From a virus: a stretch of 64,000 bases of DNA. Below are positions 28,917 through 41,781 of the stretch, piece after piece. The notes under the pieces were generated by a model. The model was not told the origin of the DNA, searched no databases, and worked only from the letters and a program-made list of their open reading frames with translations. Both the position numbers and the translations under genes were made by a program. Position 1 is the stretch's first letter, and every line of letters starts with the position of its first letter. The stretch spans positions 1 through 64,000 of the IMG/VR virus record IMGVR_UViG_3300050821_009780. One strand, given 5' to 3'.

Positions 28917-29846
28917 TTAGCTGACCCCGTAAAGCGACAGTACCGTCCCGGCCTGGAAGTACAGCCCACCCGGTGCCGTGAGGGTGAGCGAGGTGATCGC
29001 GGCGGCGGAGGCGGGGTGGAACCAGCCGCTGCGGGTCCGCATGTCCACGAACGCGGAGGACCCGTCTCCGGCCCCGGAATTGGAGGTGAACGACTTGTCG
29101 AAGGTGGCGGAGGTGTAGTTGGGGATGAGCGCCCAGCCGCCGCCTGCGTTGGACGCGGCCCCGGACTCGCTCGCGGCCAGCCGCAGCATAGGCCAGCCGG
29201 TCATCGCGTAGCCGCTGTTGGTCCCGCTGACCAGCGTCCCGGTGCCGGCCCCGGACACGTTGGTGACGAACTGCTCGACGTAGGAGTACACGGCGGCGGT
29301 GGACCCGTTGACGGTGACGGTGATGTCGTCGGACTGCAGCGAGGTCTCGGTGAACTTGCCCTGCGCCATGATCATGAGGTGGCTGTAGGTGCCGGGGATC
29401 GCGGACCAGTTGACTGACGATGTGGTCGAGTTGGCCAGCACGTTCTCATCGAGCGCGGCGACGATGGCGGTGGCCCACGCCCCGGCAGGCAGCCCATGGG
29501 CACCGGACGCGGACCCGGACAGCGCCTCGTGCTGCCGGGAGAGGGTCACGTCCTCGGCGGTGATGTAGTGCGCAACCACGGCGCTGGTACTGTGCGCCTG
29601 CCCGAGAGTTCCGTCCCAGGCACGGACGATGGTCCACGGGGTGCCGGAGGTGCCGTTGCCGGCGGTGACCTTGACAATCTCCTCGGTGGACAGCCCCTGG
29701 TCAATGACCAGCTTGAAGGGGAACGAGCCGGGGTAGTTGGTCGGCGTAGCGGCCAGGTACAGGGAGGTGCCGGAGTTGGTGATCCCGCCCGTGTTGCCGA
29801 CGACGCCCGGGACTGCGGTATTGCTGTAGTAGTATGCCTGGCTCAC
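28917..29846 (-). CDS. Minor tail protein
   Basis: FPFKLVID..EEIVKVT..WTIVRAWDGT..QAH N-terminus and an AITSLTL..FQAGTVLSLYG C-terminus, typical of actinophage tail proteins. Confidence 0.75.
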   Translation of the reverse strand: MSQAYYYSNTAVPGVVGNTGGITNSGTSLYLAATPTNYPGSFPFKLVIDQGLSTEEIVKVTAGNGTSGTPWTIVRAWDGTLGQAHSTSAVVAHYITAEDVTLSRQHEALSGSASGAHGLPAGAWATAIVAALDENVLANSTTSSVNWSAIPGTYSHLMIMAQGKFTETSLQSDDITVTVNGSTAAVYSYVEQFVTNVSGAGTGTLVSGTNSGYAMTGWPMLRLAASESGAASNAGGGWALIPNYTSATFDKSFTSNSGAGDGSSAFVDMRTRSGWFHPASAAAITSLTLTAPGGLYFQAGTVLSLYGVS

Positions 29847-29906
29847 GGCAGCGGCCTCCTCATGGTCCTCTCCGGGACTCTGGAGGAGTAATCGGGCCTG
29901 CCGGGC

Positions 29907-30788
29907 CTACGAGTACGCATCACACCAGTTGAACGTGGCGGTGCCGGCCGACACCGTGATGGCGTTGCTGCCGCTCACCAGCGCCATCCACAGCCGCGAG
30001 CCGGCGTGCGAGAAGTAGCGGACCTGGTTGGCCGAGCCGGCGTCGATCACGGTCTGGTTGAGTATGTCCACCGTGACCGGGAAGAACGGCCCGGACGCGA
30101 CGGTGAAGGAGCAGCCCGCCGTGACGTTGGTGACGGTGCAGGGGGCGCTGACCTGGACGTTGAAGGCGTTGACGGCACTGGGCCAGCCCTCGCCGACGAC
30201 GCCCTCGCCGAGCGCGGTGATGCTCCCGGACGTGACAACGCTCTGCGACTGCTGCGTCCCGTAGAAGTAGGGGTCGGCCAGCAGCAGGTCCACGCTGAAC
30301 GCGGCGTTGGTGCGCCCGTTCATGGTCAGGTCCATGGACCCGGCAATCTCCGCCATGGCGGTGGAGGTGACCAGGGTCGCGGTGCCGCCCTGCTTGAAGT
30401 ACCAGTTGCGCTTCAGCTGCCCCTGCACCGACCCGGAGGCGCCGCGGGAGAAGAACAGCGCGCGCAGCTGCTGGATGTTGGAGTTGAACGCGAGCCGGGG
30501 GTCGTTGCCCGAGGGGTAGCTGCCGCTGCTGCCGCCGAAGCCCTGCCCGTCGGCCCACATGGTCAGGGTGACGGTGCGCGCATCGGGGAACTTCGGGGAG
30601 TAGGACTGGCCGGCCCGGTACGGGACGGCGATGTTCTGGCCGCGCAGCACCGGGAGGCCGAACCGGCTTCCTCCCATCGTGCTGATGTTCCAGGCCCCGT
30701 GGGGGTCCTGCAGCGGGGTCCCGTTGAAGTACCACAGCTCGGCCGGGTTGGACCAGGCGGTCTGGCTCGGCGGGTTGTAGACGGGCAC
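29907..30788 (-). CDS. Distal tail (Dit)-like protein
   Basis: Immediately after the tape measure gene; LRGQNIAVPYRAG, DARTVTLTM and FSVDLLLADPYFY. Confidence 0.75.
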   Translation of the reverse strand: MPVYNPPSQTAWSNPAELWYFNGTPLQDPHGAWNISTMGGSRFGLPVLRGQNIAVPYRAGQSYSPKFPDARTVTLTMWADGQGFGGSSGSYPSGNDPRLAFNSNIQQLRALFFSRGASGSVQGQLKRNWYFKQGGTATLVTSTAMAEIAGSMDLTMNGRTNAAFSVDLLLADPYFYGTQQSQSVVTSGSITALGEGVVGEGWPSAVNAFNVQVSAPCTVTNVTAGCSFTVASGPFFPVTVDILNQTVIDAGSANQVRYFSHAGSRLWMALVSGSNAITVSAGTATFNWCDAYS

Positions 30789-30793
30789 TCAGC

Positions 30794-33700
30794 TCACCCC
30801 CTTCCGCTGAGGTAGGCAAGCTTGTTGCTCGCCCGGGTGATGGAATCAGAAGGCTTCTCGGGGACCGGATTAATAATGTTGACATCGCCGGTGACGTTGA
30901 CGCCGACCCGCGACTGCGCGGCCCCGGCCTCGGACAGCGACCGGGACGGCTCGGCCTTGCGGGTGCTGCGGTCCATCCCCCGGCCGAACGCGTCGGGCAG
31001 GGCCACCGGCATGTAGCCGTTGGTGCCGGGCACCACGATGGAGAACCGGCCGGCCACGTCCCGCAGGGTGGGCGTCACCAGCCCGCCCCCGGCGAAGCCG
31101 AGCCCGCCGTCGCCGGGGGAGACGGGCGTGCCGGGGCCGCCGAGAATCACCTCGGGGGTGAGGTTCTGCGGCGCGACCGTGACGGGGTAGGTGGTGCCGA
31201 CGGGACCGGCGGGGGCGGGGGTGCCGCCGCCCCCGCTGCTGCTGCCGAACGCGTACTTGGTCAGCGGGCTGACCGGGCCCCAGCCGCCGGCGTTGCCTGC
31301 CTGCATCTGCCAGTCCACGGCGGTGCGGTCCCCGTAGATGCCCAGGGTGGTGGGGGAGTGGACGTGGCCCTGCCAGATCTTGCCGCCGTGCACGTCGTCC
31401 ACGGCCAGCATGTAGTCGGTGGCGCCGGAGACCGGCGGCCACTTCCAGGTGACCTGGTCGCCCGCGTTGGACACGGCCACGTGGCCGGGGAAGGTCTGCG
31501 GTTCCCGGCCGGCCGAGGAGGACCCGGTCACCCCGGTCAGGGTGTAGGCGTGCACGGCGCTCGGCGGCCCCCAGCCGCGGCCGTTCAGTGCCTGCAGCTG
31601 CCAGCTGACGATCTTGTGGCCGTCGAACGCGAGGGTGACGGGCGACGACACGAAGCCCTGCCACAGCCCGTCGGTCGGGCCGGCGGTCACCGTCAGCCAG
31701 TAGGCGGTGGCCCCGCCGACGGGCGGGAACTTCCAGGTGACGGCGTAGCCCTTGTTGGTCACGGTGACCGGGCCGGGCGAGGTGCGCGGCGCCCCGGCGG
31801 GGGTGGCGTAGCCGGGCTTCGGCGCGGTCGTGCCGGGCGGGGACGGCTTGGGGTTGACGGGGGGCGGGGTGACGGGGGGCGGGGGCGGCTGCTTGGTGGC
31901 CGGGGCGGGGACGGTGCTGGCGATCCCGCCGCTGGCCAGGCCGGGGATGATCAAGCCGCCGGCGGCGTTGTTGGGGATGCCGGCGATGGACGCGGCCATC
32001 GCCAGGCCGGCCGGGTGCACGTCGTTGACCCCGGCCCGCTCCACCCCGGTATCCCAGTCCTGGGCGGCCGAGTTGAGCGAGGTCTCCCCCTCCATCGTGG
32101 TGATCGTGGCCTGGTCCCCGCTGGAGTTGACGAAGGCGATGATGGCCGGAAGCTGGGTCTTCATGCCGCCGCTGAAGTCGGCGTCGGAGATGGCGGAAGG
32201 CGGGGTCCAGCCGATCAGGCCGCGCCCGCCGGAACCGGACGCGGCCGGGTTCCAGCCCGACTCGCCGTCAATGGACGCCACCGCGCCGGCGGCGGCGACC
32301 TTGTGGCCGCCGAACAGGTTGGCCAGCAGGTAGCTGTAGCCCTCCTTGGCGTTGGCCAGGTCGGACCCGGTGGCCCCGCCGGCCGCTGCCGCCGCCGCGG
32401 CGGCCTTGGCGGCCTGGGCGGCGGAGATGGCCGCCGTGAGCGCGGCGGTGTTCAGGTTCAGGTTGACGGCGAAGGCGGCGCCGCCGGAGGCCAGCCCGGG
32501 CACCATCAGGGGCACCATCATGCTGGACCCGTCGCCGCCGACCGCGCCGCCGCCGGCCCACTGCTGACTGGCCGCGATGCCCCGGCTGCCGGCCCCGAGC
32601 CAGGAGTCGGCCTGGTTCAGGCGGTGCAGGTAGCCGGGGCCGTACTGCTGCTCCAGCGCCATCCGGGCGGACTTGCGGACCACGAACTCGCCAGGCATGA
32701 GCATGGCGTGCACGCTGTCGTGCTCCCCGGCCCCGGCGACGGAGCCGTGCTGCGCCTGGCGGCTGGCCCCGATGGGGCCGCCGGATGCCTTGACGGTGAC
32801 GGTGACGTTGCCAGACGCGTTCTTGATGCCGGTGTCGATGTCGTTGGTGATGGCGGTCTCGGCACCCTGGGCGGCGTTCCCCAGCGCGGTGGTAATCGCG
32901 GTGCCTGCCTTGGTGACGGCAGCGGGCAGGGTGCTGTTGAAATAGGTATTCATCGGGGTCTCGACCTGACCCACGAACACCAGCATGGCCGAGGCCCAGG
33001 CGGTGCCCCAGGTCGAGACCATCTTGGTGAGGTAGCTGTTCATGGTGACGGTGAAGAACAGCCCGAGCGGGGTCTCCACGGCCTTCTGGAAGTCGGCGGC
33101 GGCGTTGGACCAGGTAGAGGTCCACAGCGCAGCCGTCTTGCTGAAGTACCCGGCGATGGTGACGGTGAAGAACAGCCCGAGCGGGGTGATCACGGCCTTC
33201 TGGAAGTCGCCGGCGGCGTTGGACCAGGAGGTGTTCCACAGCGAGACGGCCTTGTTCAGGTACCCGGACATGGTGACGGTGAAGAACAGCCCGAGCGGGG
33301 TCTCGACCGCCTTCTGGAAGGTGCTGGCGGCGGTGGACCAGGTAGAGGACCAGAGCGCGCCCGCCTTGCTCAGGTAGCCGGCCAGGGTGGAAGTGAAGAA
33401 GGTCTGGACGGGGGTGACGACATCCTTGGCGAAGCTGGTTCCCGCCCCCGTCCACAGCGTGCTCATCTCGGTGGTGGCGCTGCCCGCCCACCCCTTGAGG
33501 CTGCTGGTAAAGAACGTCTGCACGGGCGTGGCGACGTCCTTGGCGAAACTGGTTCCCGAGCCGCTCCAGAGCGTGTTCATCTCGGTCGTGGCCGAGCCGC
33601 TCCAGCCCTTGAGGCTGGAGGTGAAGAAGGTCTGGACCGGGGTAACGACATCCTTGTTGAAGCTGCTCTGCGCGCCGGACCAGAGCGTGCTCATCTCGCT

Positions 33701-36700
33701 GGCGGCGCTGCCGGTCCACCCCTTGAGGCTGGAAGTAAAGAACGTCTGGGCCGGGGTAACGACGTCCTTGGCAAACGCGCTCTGCGAACCGGACCACATG
33801 GTGGTCATCTCAGAGCTGGCGCTGCTGCTCCAGCTCTTGAGGCTGGAGGTAAAGAACGTCTGGACGGGGGTGACGACGTCCTTGGTGAACGCCCCCTGGG
33901 AACTCGACCAGGCGGCGCTGACCTCGGTGCCCGCGCTGCCGGTCCAGCCCTTGAGGCTGCTGGTAAAGAACGTCTGCGCCGGGGTGACGACATCCTTGGT
34001 GAACGCGGCCTGCGAGCCAGACCAGGCGGTGCTGACCTCGGTGCCCGCCGTTCCCGCCCACCCCTTGAGACTGGAGGTAAAGAAGGTCTGGGCGGGGGCG
34101 CTGACATCCTTGGCGAACGCGCTCTGCGACCCGGCCCAGGCGGCGGTCACCGAGCTCTGCGCGGTCTTGGCCCAGCCGGGGAGCTGGCTGGCGAAGAAGG
34201 TCTTCGCCGGATCTGCGACGTTCTTGGTCAGGGCCGAGCCGGAAGCGGTCCACAGGGCGGCGACCGAGGCCTGCGCGGCCTTGACCCAGCCGGGGAGCTG
34301 CCCGGTCAGGAGGTTCTTGACCGGGGTCGTCAGGTCGGCGTTGAGCGAGGTGCCGGCCTTGGTCCACATGCCGGCCAGGATGGTGGAGTCCGCCGCGACG
34401 TCCGCCTTGAGCACGCCGCCGAACGCCGTGTTGAACTCCACCCCCATGAGGGTGGCGGCGACCTTCCACAGGTTCGCAATCTGCCCGAGGGCGGTCTGGA
34501 ACTCCCCGACGAGGCCGCCGCCCGCGAAGTGCTGCACGCCGCCCTTGACGGTGCCCGCGGCTGCGGGCTGCGGACCCTGCTTCTTCGCCTGCTGGGCGGC
34601 CATCTGGGCCGGGGTGAGCTGCGCCGTCGTCCCCTTGTGCGCCTGGTTGAGCTGGTCCAGCACGCCGGGGCCGTGCTGCGCCTTCAGCGCGTCGGCGGCG
34701 GGCTTCTGCAGGACGAACTCGCCGGGGGTGAGCATCGCGGGCACGGTGTCGCCCTGGCCCTGGCCGGGGACGTGGCCGCCCGCCGCCTTCTTGACCGGCG
34801 GGGGAGGGCCGCCGCCGGGGAGGCCGGGGAGGCTGCTCCCCGCCCCGGCCGGGATGGAGCCGAAGAGCGTGTTGAAGCTGGCCGCGAAGTTGGCCGCCGC
34901 CTGCGCGCCGGCCTTCGAGAACGCCTGGGTGAGCGGGTTGGTGTTGGCCTGCGGCGTGATGATGGTCTTGTTGATGGTGGCGATTGCCTGGTTGCTGAAG
35001 CCCAGCGAGTGGAGCAGGGTGTCCAGCTGCGTCAGGTCGGTCTTGGGACTGATGTTCAGCGAGTTGAGGAAATCAATCTGCTGCTTGTTGAGGTTCAGCT
35101 TGTCGTAAGTCTTTTGCAGGTTGTCCTGGAACGTAACGGTGCTTGCCCCGACGACCAGCCCGTCGATAATCTTGATTTGCGCTGTGGTAAGACCCAGGTT
35201 GCTCAGCAGCTTGTTAACCGACTGCAAATTAGCACCCGGCTTAATCTGCATCTGGTTGATTTTATCGATTATGCCCTGGGGAAGACCGAGGTCATGGAGA
35301 ACGGTGTTCAAGTCGTTCTGGAACGGGGTCATATTCGGGTTGATAACCTGAGCATTGATTTTCCCGATTTCCGTCGGGGTCAGCTTCAGGTCGGACAGCA
35401 TTTTATCCAGCTGGGTCAGGTCGGTCTTGGGCGTCAGCTGGAGCTTGTCCACCGCCTGTATCTGGGCCGGGGTCAGCCCGATCTGCTTGAAGAACGTGTT
35501 CCAGGCGGTGAAGTTGGTCCCCGGCCCGATGATCAGCTTGTTGATGGCGGCGATGTTCTTCTGCGATATCCCGAGGCTCGACAGCCAGGCATCGTAGACG
35601 TGGAAGTCGGTCTTCGGCCCGATCGTGAACTTGTTGATGGCGGTGATCTGGGCCGGGGTCAGGCCGAGCTTGACGTAGTAGTTGTCGAAGGCCTGCGCCC
35701 CGACCGGCGGCGCGATGACCATTGCATCGATCTTGGAAATGGCGGCCGGGGTCAGGTGCAGCTGGCTGAGCAGCTTGTTGATGTCGGTAAGGTTGGCGCC
35801 CGGCTTGATAACCAGCGCGTTGACGGCGGATATCTGCTTGGGAGTGAGCTTCAGGGTGTTGAGGTAGGCGTCGATGGCGGTCGTGCTGACCGGGACGTGC
35901 ATAATGAGCTGGTTGATAGCGGCGACCTGCGGCGGAAGGAGCCCTATCTTCGCCAGCATGGCGTCGATGGCGGTCACGCTGGTGGTCGGGGCAATCCGCA
36001 GCTTGTTGATCGCAGTTATCTTCTGGATGGACACGCCCGTGTGCGCGGCCAGCTCGTCGATTCCGGCCCAGTCCACCTGGGGCTTGATGACCTGCTTGTT
36101 GGCCGCGACGACGTTATCCGACCAGAGGGTCAGCGCAGTCTGCCGGGCCACGCCCATCGCGCTCAGGGTGGTCAGGAACTCGGCCTTGGCCTGGGCCATC
36201 CCCGTCGGGGTGGTCCCGTACACGGCAATCAGCGCGTTGGCGATGGCGTTGGCACCGGTGATGTCCTGGGGGGAGATGATCCCCTGCTTGAGCTGATCCT
36301 GGGCCGAGTGGATGGTCGTCTCGAAGTTCGCGACGGCCTTGGTCATGCCCGGCATGTTGACCAGCGCCGCGCCGATCGCCTGGTTGAGGTCGGTGTTGAC
36401 GGCGGCAGCCAGGTTGATGGTGTCCTGCTGCAGGTTGGACGACGAGGTCTCCAGGTACCCGACCTGCTTGTTGAGGTCCGCCGTCGTCTTGGACGCCTGC
36501 TGGTTGCCGCCCGACCACTTCACCAGGGCCGCGTAGGTGTCCGCCCCGGTGTAGCCCATCTGCTGCGCCAGGGCGTAGGCGGCGTTGGTCGCCTCCTTCG
36601 AGCCGTCGCCCTGGGCCAGCAGCACGTTGACCATGTCCTGCCCGGCGTGCTGCAGGGAGCCGTAGGACGCGGCGGTGTTGCCGGCGGCGGCGTTCTGCAG

Positions 36701-39700
36701 CTGGAGCTGGCTGTAGAGTCCCTGCGCCGCAGTGGCGTTCTGCTCCCAGGACTGGCGCAGCGTGAGGCTGTTGGCGTTCAGCCCGGTCATGGACGCGCCG
36801 GCCGCCTTGGCGTTCGTGCTGACGGTGTTGATGCCCGTCAGGAACGTCTCCAGCTTGGTCTCGCCGCCGGTGACCATGGTGTAGAACTGGGTGAAGTCGC
36901 CGGTGAGGGTGGTGATCTGGCTGTTGGTGGTCTCGCTGGCCAGGGCGACGGCGTCGATGGAGTTGCCGACCTGGTTCATGTGAGTCGAGACCTGGTAGCC
37001 GGCGACCCCCATGTTGGTCCAGCCGGTGACCAGCGCGTTGACCTTGCTTATCTGGACCGACATGCTGTCGGTGACCTTGACCCCGGCCAGGTCCATCAGG
37101 GCGAACGCCTGGTCGCCGGTCACCCCGAACTTCTTCATGCTGTACGAGACCGTCTGGATGGCGGCGTCCCACCGGTCGTTATCCGCGACCAGGGCCGCGT
37201 AAGCGGCGCCGCTCTGCGCCTTCAGCTGCTGGAACGACCCGAACAGGTCGGTGATGGCGCTCTGGAAGTGCCCCGAGGTGATGTCGCCCCAGAAGCTGAC
37301 GGCACCCCCGGCTCCCGTCTGGTTGACCGGCTGGTTGAGCTCCTGCCGCAGCACGCCGTACTGCGTGCCGAGCTTCTGCATGTCGGTCTGGAGCTGACTG
37401 AACCCCTGGGCGGCGTTGAGGTTGTTCAGCTGGGTGTTCATGGCGGAGATCTCGGCCGGGATCGCGCCGCTGGCCTTGTTGAACTGGTAGAACTCGTAGG
37501 CCGCGCCGCCGACGGCACCGGCGATGGCGAGCCAGGCCCCGGCCGAGATGCCGGCCAGCGCCCCACCGATCTTCTGGATGGTGCCGCCGAGCCCGGCCGC
37601 CTCCGGCTCGGCGTCCTTGGCAGCGCCGCCCAGCTTGGCGACGCCCGACTCCAGCTGGCTCACGTTCGCGCCGCCGACCAGGGCCATGGAGGCGGTGGCC
37701 TTCTCCACGCCGCCCAGCCCGGACATCGCGGCCTGGGTCTCCGGGGTAATCTTCCCCAGGTCGGCCGCCAGGCCCTCGGCGCTCTTGCCGGATGCCGCGA
37801 CGGAGATGGCCGCGGCGGCAGCCTGCTTGTCGGTCAGCCCGAACGCGTCGGCCAGGGCCTGGACATCGCTGTTCTGCGACGTGACCTTGACCATCTGGTC
37901 GTAGGTCAGGCCCAGGTTCCCGGCCATGGCCAGGGCGGCGCTGTCGCCCTTGGCGAACAGGGTGCCGATGTTCTCCAGTTCCGGGGTGAGCTGCCCCATC
38001 TGGATCAGCTTGGCGTTGGACGCGCCGACCGAGCTGGCGAGCCCGCCGAAGACGTTGCTGCCGCCCGTGATCTTGGCGACCAGGCCGCCGAACTGGGTGA
38101 TGAGGGTGCCCGTGTACCGGGTCAGGTCGATGAGGGCGGTGGAGAGCAGCCCGCCGTAGTGGACGACGGCGAAGACGGCGATGCCGAAGGCAATCACCTG
38201 CGGGCCCATGGCGTTCATGGCCTTGGCCAGCAGCGAGAAGGCGTAGGCGAGTCCCTCGAAGAGCAGCTCGGAGACGTGGGTCATCTGCCCGGCCTGGAGG
38301 AACTCGGCCCCGATCTTGAGGATGGAACCGCCGATGGAGCCGAGGATCTTCAGGTCGTTGACGGCGGTCTCGATGAGACCGGACAGCTGCCCCGAGTGGG
38401 AAGTGAGCGCCTGATCTACCTTGATGAAGGTGTCGGTGATGAAGGTGCCGGTCTTCTGGGCAACCCCCTGCATCAGGCCGAGGACGCTGGTGAACGTCTG
38501 GCCGAACGCCTTGATGGGCGCGGTCTTCTGGGTCAGGGCGTCGATGGCGGCCCCGTACATGGTGACCACGGTCGGGGCCATGGCCGCCTGGATGGACCGG
38601 ATGGTCACCGGCATGGGCTTCATGGTCGAGTCGAGCGTGCCCATCTTGGTGCTCAGCGGGCCGATGTGATCGGTGCCGAGCACGTCCGCGCCGGTGCCGA
38701 GGGCGTCCAGCGCGGTGTGCAGCCCCTGGACGTGCGCGAGCAGGTCCAGGACGGACGGCTCGGCGGCGACGCCGAACGCGCCGAGGGCGGTGCCGGCGGC
38801 GATGACCGCGGGCACCAGGACGATGAAGAAGTCGATCAGGGTGTGCAGGGCGACGGCCCACACGCTGATGGTGGCGGCGAACGGGATGCTCTTGAACGCC
38901 CCGCCGAACAGGGTCAGGTCCTTGGTCCAGCCGCCCCAGGCGGCGATGGCGAGGTTGACCAGGCCGGTGGTCTTGGCTACGGAGGCGCCGCCCTGGTCTA
39001 CGGACTGCGTGGCGCCATCCTGCGCGTTCTTGACGAGGAGGGCGGCGGCTGCCGCGTTCTTGGCCGCTTCGGCAGCGCTCATCGTGGACTGGCCGAGCTT
39101 GTCGTAGCTGCCGGAGGCCCCGCTGACGGCGTCCCCGGCCTGCTGCGCGGCCAGCGCCTCGGCGACCATGCTCTTGGCGAACTGCGCCGCCGTCGGCGGC
39201 CCCTGGGCCTGGAGGCCGAACCAGTGCTCGTACTGCGCGGCGTTGGACTCCAGCGCAGCACCGTTCGCGTTCAGCGCGGCATCGGCCTGCTGCACCACCG
39301 GGATGAACCGGGCCATGGACAGCTCGCCGGACTGCACGGAGCCGACGAACCGGGTCCAGTCCACGTCGTTCGCGGCACTGCCGACCTGCTTCAGCGCGGC
39401 GGCGTCGGCCATGGCAGCGGCGGCGTTGGCGTTGAACCCCTTGGCCGAATCGTCGGCGTCGGTGCCGGCCGTCTGGGCGGCCTTTCCCGCGGCCAGCAGC
39501 GCGGCCTGGGTGTACAGCTGGCGGTTGCCCAGGTCGGTGGTGGCCTGGCCCATCTTCGCCAGCTTGGCGGACGCCTCGTCGGCCGACATGCCGGTGGCCA
39601 GGAACGCGTCGGCCAGCTTCCTGGCGGCGGCGGCCTGGATGCCGGCGGAATCACTGGTGAACTTGGCGGCGTTGGAGGCCCGCGCGGCCTCGTAGTCGAA

Positions 39701-41781
39701 GGAGTCGCCCGCCTGGTGAATCTCGTCGGCGGCACCGTGCACGGCCCCGCCCAGCCGGGTCCAGGCGGCATCGTCGTTAGGGTTGGGTGCCGACTTGTCC
39801 ACGTCACTGCCCAGCGTGGACAGCACGGCCTCAGCCTGCCGGACAACAGGGATGAACCGGGCCATGGACAGCTCGCCGGACTGCACGGAGCCGACGAACC
39901 GGGTCCAGGCGGCATCATCCGCCGGGTTGGGCGCGGCCTTGGCCAGGGCGGCGGCTTGCTCGGCCAGGGCGGCGTCGGCCTGCTTCACCACCGGGATGAA
40001 CCGGGCCATGGACAGCTGGCCGGACTGGACCAGAGCGATGAACTTCGCCCAGTCGTCGTCATCCGCCGGGGTGGGGACCGGGATGTCCGGCGGAGGCCCG
40101 CCGCCGCCCCCGGCGTGGCCGGCCGTGACCAGTTCCTCGGTGACCAGCTCGGTGACGTGATCGTTGGCGTGAAGGCGGGCCTGGAACGCCATCCACTCGG
40201 CGATGGCCTTGTTGATGCCCGTCAGCTGGACGGCGGTCTTGGCGTAATCGGGAACCTCGTTCAGCTTGGCAATCCAGGCTTCCAGCTGGGCCTTGGCCTG
40301 GTCGTCGGTGAACCGGGCGGTGGTGTCGAGCACCTCGGGGACGATGCCCAGGTCGCGGAGCCAGATCTCCAGGTCTCCCTCGGCCGCTGCCGCGCTGAAG
40401 ACGGCGTTCACGGTGACGCTATCCGGGAGCGCCTCCAGCTGGGCTATCAGGGCGGTGAGATCGGCCTTGGCCTTCTCGTCGTCGAAGACCACCCGGACGG
40501 TCACCTCGGCGGGAACGGACCGCAGCTGGGCCAGCAGCGCGGCGAGGTCATCCTTGGACGCCCGGTCGTTGAAGACCGCGTTGATGGTGACGTTCTCGTT
40601 CTCCGGGGTCTTGCCGACCGCGATAAGCGACGTGGTGATGTGCTCGGGGATGCTGTGGAGCACGGACTTCCACAGCGCGACGTCGGCCAGGCCCTGCTCC
40701 GGGTCGGCCTTCAGCTCGGTGGTAACCGAGGTCGGCACCCCGGCCAGGGCGGAGTTCAGGGCCTGCGCCCCGGCGACGCTGCCCTCCTCGCCCAGCTGGG
40801 TAACGGACTTGTGGGTACCCTCGATCGCGTTGTAGTAGGCGAGGGCGGCGTCGGTGTTGGACTTGTACAGCGCCGCCCGGCGCTCCAGCTCGGCGTTGAA
40901 GTCACGGTACAGGGCGGTCTGCTTCTGCAGGTACTGCAGGTACTGGTCGGCGGTGAAGTACCCGGCCCACTCGGCACGGTTCATGAGGAGCTTCTGGGTG
41001 TACTCGGTCTGGCGCCACGCGTAAGCCTGCTGGGGCGTGGTGAACATGAGCCAGCGCTGCCGGTTCAGCAGCGTCTCGTACTCCAGCTCCTTGCGCATGT
41101 CGGCCAGGTGCGTGCCCATGTCCGACCGTCCGCCGAACAGCGACTGCTCGTTGTACCGCTTGTAAGCATCCGACGTCGTGTTAACGGCGGCGGTCTCATC
41201 CTTTAGTACACTTATTTCTTCCTTGCGGACGGAGATAAGCCGCTGCTCGTCCGATATCTCGTCAACAACAGCCCGGTCCAGCTTCTCCAGCGTGCTGGTG
41301 ACATTCCGGTACGCCTCGTCGGTCGCCGTGACCTTGTTTACCGTCTCGTCCCGGACGGTAAACGAAGAAATAGTATCCTTGTACCGCTTATAGGACTCAC
41401 TGGCCAGGTCAACGGCCGACACTTCTTCTTTAAGTCCGTCAAGAACAGAACTGTGGTAGCTCTTGTAAGAAGCAGCAAGGGCCTCAATCGAATTCTTCTG
41501 CAGCTTCAGCGACTCGATTGAGGTGTCGCTGTAGTCCTTGGATGCCGCCGCCAGCGAGTCAAGTGCAGTCCGCTCCTCGGTGAGCTTGCTGATCTCATCC
41601 TTGTGAGCGTCTACCAGCTTCTGGTACTCGGCAGTCTGCGCCTTAGCGGCGTCGCCTCCGGCCTTTCCCAGTGCCTCCAGGGCAGCCTTAGCCTCGGCTG
41701 CCTTGCGCATGAGGTCGCCGAAATCGGCAATTGCTTTATAAAGGACAACTCAGGAGGTAACCAGTATTCCTCTCCGGCCAT
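30794..41781 (-). CDS. Tape measure protein (~3,650 aa) with a phage-tail-lysozyme-like domain and two FN3-like domains; 5' end frame-interrupted
   Basis: Lies after the chaperones and is Ala-rich helical with 38-aa Trp/Phe repeats, two DTVPAMLTPGEFV-type motifs and a GESGWNP..GRGLIGWT lysozyme-like motif. The main ORF is 30794-41710; the likely N-terminus MAGEEYW from ATG 41781 is in another frame. Confidence 0.9.
32990..34330 (-). repeat. Tandem ~114-bp (38-aa) repeats in the tape measure gene
   Basis: The unit F-x-KDVVTP-x-QTFFTSSLKGW recurs at ~114-nt spacing (e.g. 33421, 33650, 33764, 33878, 33991, 34105). Confidence 0.85.

Noticed and set aside
31358-41206. 3282-aa plus-strand ORF (also 23036-28900 and many other long + ORFs)
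   Set aside because: These are antisense shadows of high-GC minus-strand genes, with Gly/Arg/Val-rich junk composition and no motifs.
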